DNA from: Hormiphora californensis
Taxonomy: Eukaryota > Animalia > Ctenophora
DNA length: 64,000 nucleotides
Direction of reading: 5' to 3'
Assembly: GCA_020137815.1 (NCBI GenBank)
Contig: CM035359.1
Coordinates: 1,798,001-1,862,000, forward strand
The notes beneath the pieces are model-generated. The model was given only the letters and a program-made list of their open reading frames with translations. It did not search any database and was not told where the DNA came from. How positions within the stretch are numbered: the stretch's first letter is position 1; every line of letters begins with the position of its first letter. Made by a program: the position numbers and the translations under genes. This document shows positions 56,034 through 64,000 of the stretch, one piece after another.

Positions 56034-58273
56034 TCTCTCTCCCTCTCTCTCTCCCTCTCTCTATCACTCCACTCCATCTATCTTTGGCTACTTTGCACAT
56101 GCTGCAAACTACACAGCTCTTGTTATGGCATGAGGTTACCTTTGTACACGTCCATCAATTTATACACCATCTCTCTTTTCAAGAATCTTGCAGATTTCTT
56201 CTTATCTTCTTGTAGGACGCTGTAGTGTCTCAATAATCTTAGTGGGAGAGTGTAACGATTTTTGATCTTTTGATCGACTCAGCGACAATTAAACAACTGT
56301 CCACTGCATAAATTTTATTGAGTTCATGAATTCGGTCCTGAGAACGCTAGTTATCAAGAACGTCAGTCGATTATTATTAATATGATCGCACTACATACAT
56401 AATTATCTATCTTCATACATCATCAAGTGTGTATGTACGTGCCTGGCCTAGTTGTTTTTCACGGCACATTATTTAATAAAGTAAGTGATAGTGTGATATC
56501 TAAACAGCTTGTTCATCTGATAGTGATATATTATAGTCTCCTGCTAAACGAGTTTAATTTGCTTGTTATCTGGTTCATTCTATTTGTTGTATCTGTACTC
56601 GGATGATTCACTATCACTTATCTGTATCTTATTGGATTCATCGAGCAGGATACATATTATATATCCTTATAGAATCAAAATCTAAGAAAGGGTATAGCTA
56701 GATAGGGGAGAGCCGTGTTTCGTTCTAACCCTCGAGGTAAAGAGACAAAGAAGCAGAAGACAAGAGACGGATATCTTAGGACGGTATAATGTATTTTGTC
56801 TGGGCGTACTGTCTCGTACTACAGTCCACTAACAGTGACAGAGTACTATTATAAATCCAGAATTAGCGTGCCTTGTTTGCCATAATCCTGGCAGAGAGAG
56901 AGTATGATACAAGCACGTGCATGTATCTAGGTACTTTAGATCTAGCCCTGTAACATGTGAGACAAGAGGAGCAGAGAGCTGAGAGAGTTGGAGCGATGAT
57001 CACTTTTGAATTCAGCTTGCAATTTATCTCTGTAAAGCCAGCTTTTATTTGACTTTCCTAACTTGTGAATTTTATATAGTTTACACAACGTTGATGATCG
57101 TGTCATTGAACAACATTATCTCCATAATAGAATTATCGAGGGTGATATAGTTCGAGATCAGATGCTACTTCCCACTACAGTTGTCCATGTCGACTTACTC
57201 CTGCAATGAAACACGTTAACCTAAGAAAGGTATAATACAGCCATCATCAAGGGACCCTGCTACACTCTGCTACATGCCAAACTATGCTAATAGGGCCAGA
57301 ATCAATGAGACTTGCCTCACTGCTACGCTTCAGTGTGCCAATCAGTTGATCGTCACACGTGAATGCTAGGAGCATAACTTGTCGAATTAGCTACTTCAGG
57401 CTTCTTGATATAATGCTGTACAAGCTATGACGATCAGATCGTAACGCTATATTCACTTACCTACGACAATCCAACTAATTACACAAAGTGATCAGGATAG
57501 AACTCATCGTGATGGTAGGATCCTGCCAAGATCACAGATCAGCTGTTATACACGTTCGCTTTTTATGTGTCTGTGACCTCTCTCGATATAAGACCCTCCG
57601 TCGCTGCCGTAACGCCATGTAAGCAACAACACTTTGAATTCTACTAAACCAGGTTTGTGTATATACATGTATCCATGATAACCACATCATGGTAACCACA
57701 TGGTAACCCATTTACCCAGGTTTGTAGCGACTATTATCAGCACACATTCAACCACCACCTACCGGAGCCGCTTGTTGAGACCAACTACTTCGAGAGGAGG
57801 ACCGGCCCGGGACTCGATCCCATCCAGGAAACGCTAGAGGAGTTAGACGATATCAAGGGGTTCACTGATCTTGTTAAGCATCAAAGTAGCTCCAGCCCAT
57901 GGGATCTGTAAGTTTAAAAAAGAAGATTTGTTACAAATAAAAGTAAGTTTTTTTAACATGGTGGAAATATTATGACCTAGCCTGTAAGTTGTTCAATACC
58001 ATTTGTTTTAATCATTTAGGATTTAGAAGGTGGGACTAAAAAAGAATTGTGAAGCACGGTCGCGGAAAATTTTAAAATTCTAATTTTAGATCATCGTCAC
58101 TTTCACTCCATGAATTTCTCCATTTTGGGTTTCACAATCCCGGTGTGCAGTATGTGGTCAAGGGAACTGTTCACAGCGGGGGTTGTCTGGGTTCGTGAAT
58201 TTGTCACTAATTGCACTAAAATCACTTCTGGTAACAAGTGGAAGCAAAGTAAGAGAATTCTAAAGTAAGAGAA

Positions 58274-58310
<37 letters not shown>

Positions 58311-58764
58311 AGAGAGGAGATGCGATAGGAGGGCGGAGTAGTAGAGAGAGGGGGAGAGAGAAAGAGAGAGAGAGAGAGAGGGGGGAGAGAGACATTTGGT
58401 CAGTTGATTATACTGAATCTCTCTCTCTCTGATGTTGGTGGGTTCGACGGGTATTCTGAGTAAGCAACTCTCATGATGTGCTGCACTTGATTCAGAGATT
58501 CACTTATCAACTGTCTATCCTAAACGATCGTCTGTAGGACTAACTTCCCCTCTTTTTATCTCTCTCTCTCTTTACCTCTCCAACTATCTGTTAGTCTCTC
58601 TCCCTATCTCTTCTTGATTCTCTGTGAACTCCATTATTTCTCCCCGGGCTAAGCTCTAGAGCCCGTGAGTCCATCGCACTCTTTACTCCATATCCTGAGT
58701 CCTGTAACTTTTCCAGCTGACTACTCTCTCTCTATCTTTCTCTCTCTCTCTCTCTTTCTCTCTT

Positions 58765-58808
<44 letters not shown>

Positions 58809-61195
58809 AATCATATATTTTCCACTCTATATCCCTTGATTGATCCCTGTAAACCCATTCGAAGCTATTGAGTTGCTCATGTGACGTGTGTGCCTTCAAG
58901 TTTATAAAATAAATCCTTCTTTCCGAGCCTTTTGTCCGAAAAAGAGCTCCCCTTTTGACCAGCTCACCCTTGCTTCTTGTCCAGGTAAGAATAATTAACA
59001 CCGTACTAGATTCCATATCTACACAACCGCACACGTGTTGCACTGCTTCAATGGTGTGATATATTCTTGTTTTTAGTAGACGGGCGGGAAACTGGTGCAC
59101 GTGCAGTTGTTTCAACTCGAAATTAATAACCGGGAGGGGAGGGGGGAGAATTAGTCTGTGATGACATAGATCAGGAAAACACTGCACGTAATCGGCAGAT
59201 ACGGAACTAATATTGGAACAGGAACATAGATGAGCTAAAGGGGGCGGGCAAAAACGTTGGCTTCGTAATTAACTAATCTTATACTTGTAATTAGCTTGTG
59301 TGTGCAGGGGACACAGAAATAGAACACATCTATCTCTTCTCTCTCTCTCTTCTCTCTTTCCCCTCTCCTCTCTCTCCTCCCTTTTCTCTCTCTTTCCTTT
59401 TCTTTCCCTTTTTCTCCTCTTCTCCTTCCTTTTTTTTTCCTCTTTTTTCTTTCTTTTTTTTTTCCCCCCTCTCCGTTTGGGTTTTTCCCAGTACCCTAAA
59501 TTTCACGTTTTTTTTTTAGGCACATTTTGTTTGATTTAGAAAAAGTTTCCCCATTTAAATTTATAATTTAAAAAGAAAAACCCAAAAATGTCAAGGGGTT
59601 TGGTTTATGAAGTTTCCCCCCCAGTTTTTTTTGGAATCTTAAAAAAAACGCCTTTTTTCTTAGACCACACTTTTTGTTCCTGAATTCGTAGTAGCAGTTT
59701 CCCGATATCACGTCACATTTCATTCATTAATTAGCAATTCTGCCACTTTTTATCGTGACACTGCAGGGTGGTGGTTCTAATTCGGAAAGTGGCCCACTCA
59801 GGGTAAAGCCATTGTGCCCACTTTCTTAATTTATTGGCTTCCTCAAAATTATAGAAACTTCCTTGAAGTCGCTGGAAACTGCAGCACTCTCTGATAAAAT
59901 CACGATTTCTGTCAAGTGTGTTACTTGGAGTGTGTGGATTTCCATTAATTTAATGCCTATTTTTGAACCCGATGAACACACCTCTCCAATGACGGGAGAG
60001 GGGGAGAGAGAGGGAGAGAGATGGAGAGAAAGCACTGTTATCGGGATGAAGGAGAGAGATAGTTGTTATTAACAGCACCTGATTTGCACTACGACGACTA
60101 ACAGAGAGAGAGAACATTTCACAATCCATTAATAGTGTCACGTGACCTAGTTGGAACTCGTGCCTCAATTCTATGTGCGTAATGCTACATGTGTTCATCC
60201 TTTTTCAAATGTCTTTATCAACTGATCCCTTCATACCATGTTCGTTGAAAAACACTGAAAAACATTGCTCCTTCAGCAATATTTCCATGTTTCCGCTGTT
60301 CCGGCAATTAGATATATCTTCTTTTCAAAGTCTGAATATTTTGTGCACAATTTGATGCTAATGATGCTGCAAAAGTAGTACTATTTCGTCTGTGTGCATC
60401 GAGCGAGACCTAATTATCGATGAATCTACCTTGAGATCAATACACATCACTTAATTGATCTGTCTAATTTATATTGTCTCTTGTTTGTCTACCTCCCTAT
60501 TTTTGTGAGATCATCCCCATCATCATCATCACCAGTAAATACTGGAGAACTTCATCTGACAATATGGTGGCAACCTGTAGGACAATGTAATATATCGCTA
60601 CTCGAGCTACTAGGCTGTACTATTGTGTACTGACCGGCTTGCTGACCGAGTCCTCAGTGGTGCTATAAAATGTGTGTTCGATTGCAAAAGTGATTTGCAC
60701 AAGTGATTTGCGCAAGTGATTCGCAAAAGTGATTTGCAAAAGTGATTCACACGATTTTTTCTCATCTTCGTGAACATTGTCTGGAGTGATTGTCATTTTC
60801 AGAAAATCACTTAATGACTCTCTCATCACCCGCGTGCCAGTCAGATAAACCAGTTTATTTCACGAATCACGATATCTGCTGCTGTCGGCCTTCCGCTCAG
60901 TGCTCACACTTCACACTTCATAGTTCACATGTGACTGTTGTATAATTTACACTTGGATGTCACTGGTCATGCCATGTTTGGCAGATTCCTGCTTGTCCGA
61001 CGTCCGTCAATCTGTCACTCATCACACTCCTCCCCTGCCGTTCCTCATTGGACATACATGACACTATTTGATGGTCCTCTATCACTATAATAACGACATA
61101 ATGGCACAGTCACACACGTACTGACAGTGGTGTGCTATCAAAGACTCACTTGTCGGCCAATGAGGGATATGTCGGGAGAGAGAGAGAGAGAGAGT

Positions 61196-61301
<106 letters not shown>

Positions 61302-61619
61302 CATGCAGGTTACATTGAAGGTCCACGGCACATGCACACATGACTTTAATCTCGCTAAATGCCAACTGCCACTAAGATCTCTATAGGCTTGTAACAATGG
61401 CTGTCTATATACCCTTGTGCGTCTAATACTAATCTGTAATTACTTGAGATTACATCCTAAATTATCCCTCTTGTTTTGAGTCAAATCTCAGACATCTCTC
61501 TGGTTGACTGACCTGTTTTGTAGTGCCTTCTGATCCTATCTCTCTATCTCGTTATATCAAGTGGAGATCCCTGTGTGTGTGTTTATGGAATATAAAGGAG
61601 CTGGTAGTAATGGCGGACG

Positions 61620-62466
61620 ATGACAACCAATTCAAACCGACCGTCTTTGGGTTTGATGGTGACCAACCAACACAATACACCAACTTTGGCCCTCCTGTCC
61701 CCTCCGATGATGAGTCTGACATTGTCGCCTGTTGTCGAGACCTCCTCCTCATCCTCCTCATCGGTCCGGTCCCCCAGCCCCCAACAACGAACCCCGACCC
61801 CCTCGGTCCGATCCAGATCCTCCTCGGAGTCCTCCCACTCTTCCCTGGGCTCCAGAAGTGGGATGAGCAGTTCAGATAGTGGGATGGAGGATGACGACGA
61901 GGGGTTCGACGAGGGGGGCGATGATTTTGGGATCGGAGGGGCGGATAAGGAGGAGAGGGACCACTCGCCTGATGGAGGTGGGGATGGTGGTGGTGGAAAG
62001 AAAAAGGGAGGAGGTGGAAGGTGAGAGAGAGAGAGAGAGCTTCTAAAGTTTTTACTGTGTTTTGTCACAATAGAGGGAGAAGGGGGTTAGAGATGAGAGC
62101 TGTAACAACTGCGTGCACTATCGATAATGATATTAAAGTTGAATGCATCTCTGTCTCTTAAACTCATATCTGGGGCTTTCTCTGGGGTAGAAGAGTCCAA
62201 TCAATTCACATTTTGTTACGTAGAAACAGTTTTGATAGTACAGCGATAGAGGTAACTTGTTTTTTTGTTGGGCTGGAAGGTTCCGGTGGGGTAACTAGGG
62301 GGAATTCAAATTTTGGAAAAGTCCCCAATGAATGTTTCGAAGCCTAAGTTCATTTCCTCAAAGATATCCCGTACTCTCCTCTAACACACTTCTTTCCCTC
62401 AGGAGCGGTTCTAGATACGTTATGTTAGATATACTCTCAAAGTTCAAAGGAGTCACACCTTTTAAA
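61620..62466 (+). CDS. Orphan Ser-rich/acidic/Gly-Lys protein; exons about 61620-62020 and 62403-62466; true start and 3' end uncertain
   Basis: SSSSSSSVRSPSP...MEDDDEGFDEGGDD...GKKKGGGGR; the phase-2 donor GTGAG joins in frame to a TTCCCTCAG acceptor exon (SGSRYVMLDILSKFKGVTPFK) that ends at GTAAGT. Confidence 0.6.
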
Positions 62467-62734
62467 GTAAGTCCAGCTGGAGAGAACGGCTGATTTATAT
62501 TAAACTGATTTAAATTGTGATGTTTAGAAACATTTATTTGTCTAAGAATTCATTGTCTGAGTTTCTCGAACCAGCTGGTTAGATGAAATCTGACAAAGAG
62601 TTCAGCTGCAAGCTTGCATGTGCTATGCCAGAGCATGGAGCATTTTGTTTTACGGCAGCTGACAGATCTAATGCAGTTGATTGAACCCTAAAACAGCCTA
62701 GAAGAACAGCATGATACCTATTATACACGTACAT

Positions 62735-62875
62735 CAGTCGGACCCCAATTTACCGGGAGGATAAATTCCCCCAAATGTAGGAAATTGACGGTATTTGACC
62801 CCGATATACCGGGCACCCCAATTTACTGGGCAAAGCCCTTTCTCCCGAGCATCCCGGTAAATCGGGGTCCGAATG
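62735..62875. mobile_element. Pogo/Tc1-like MITE
   Basis: TIR CAGTCGGACCCCAATTTACCGGGA / TCCCGGTAAATCGGGGTCCGAATG followed by TA. Confidence 0.8.
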
Positions 62876-63147
62876 TATATTACCAGATGTAGATGATGAT
62901 ATACTAGATGAAGATCGGATGTATAGTACAGTAGACTAGTAGAGCTCTCTGTCTGCACAGGATTGATTATAACGTTTTAGCATTTAGCTGATCTTTTCAA
63001 AAATGATACACCCAGTATTACTGTAGACCTTCTTATGGAACAGTTAGCTAGCATTGAGAGAGAATTGGATAACGATACAGAGGAAGATAGAGAAAGATAG
63101 AGAGATAGAGAGGAAGATAGAGAGAAAGATAAAGAGAAAGATAGAGA

Positions 63148-63213
<66 letters not shown>

Positions 63214-63334
63214 GAGAGAGAGAGAGAGATAGTCAAAGAGAGTGGGTTAGTATAAAGAGGGATATTAAAGAAACTTTAGTTGGTAAATGAGGGGTGAACC
63301 GATTACGAGCTGTACCCGATTTAGTACTTTCTCC

Positions 63335-63422
<88 letters not shown>

Positions 63423-64000
63423 GAGAGAGAGATCAGGGTGGAGTGAGATAGAAAGAGATATATAGAGAGCTTATAATGCATCATGAATCATCCGAATCTT
63501 CAGCATTGTGCTGCTGTTTATCCTAGTCTTATCCGTACTACGTCAGTGTACGAGTACAAGTAGTAGCTTGTGTAGGGTAGTTTTATGTTGCTATACCGAT
63601 GTTTCAAGACTGCTCTGGTAAGCGTGAAATTTAATAAAAACTAAGTAAATAAATCTATGACAAAGCACACTGATTTGTGTAAAAACCAAAGCAGCTGATC
63701 TCCATGTTCTTTAGAGCTAGTTAATATTAGTGCTGTTACCGGTGTTTTAGCTATACTATATCACAGCCCTTGTCAGAGCTGTAATATTAGCCTGTATACC
63801 AAGCCCACATATATTATACGCCCCTGTGAAGAGCAGCTTCATGCAAGATCTGACATCTGATCTAAGATCTGATATCGCACATTAAGGGTACGCTAACCAA
63901 ATTTTTTTTTCGAGTGCAGGGAAATCTCTCACCGTAGGGTTGTAGGCCATGCCAAGGAGACCTCAAATATGCAATTTGAGCTCTCAAGTCGAATTCATAT

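Overview
Eukaryotic, intron-rich animal genomic DNA saturated with (GA)n/(TC)n microsatellites, MITEs and retroelement fragments. The MITE families resemble those I recall from the ctenophore Pleurobrachia (recollection, not verified). Firm genes: a complete 10-exon 26S proteasome ATPase PSMC4/Rpt3 (7200-15948, +) and a SIK/MARK-type AMPK-related kinase (exons traced 28794 to 21794, -). Orphan genes: a 2-exon, 91-aa secreted Cys-containing protein (6159-6522, -) and several Ser-rich/acidic/basic low-complexity genes at 47-62 kb. The most striking object is a near-intact ~5.9-kb R4-clade non-LTR retrotransposon (9858-15731, -), with tandem Myb-like repeats, RT and a restriction-like endonuclease, inserted in a (GA)n tract in the last PSMC4 intron. 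It begins with a complete HDV-like ribozyme whose P1 helix may use the target G-run. It also has a 1.1-kb 78-bp tandem array in its 5' UTR, complementary RNA termini, and a single 7-bp footprint-like frameshift. The window contains a 100-N gap and several homopolymer-inflated, low-quality stretches that I treat as artefacts.
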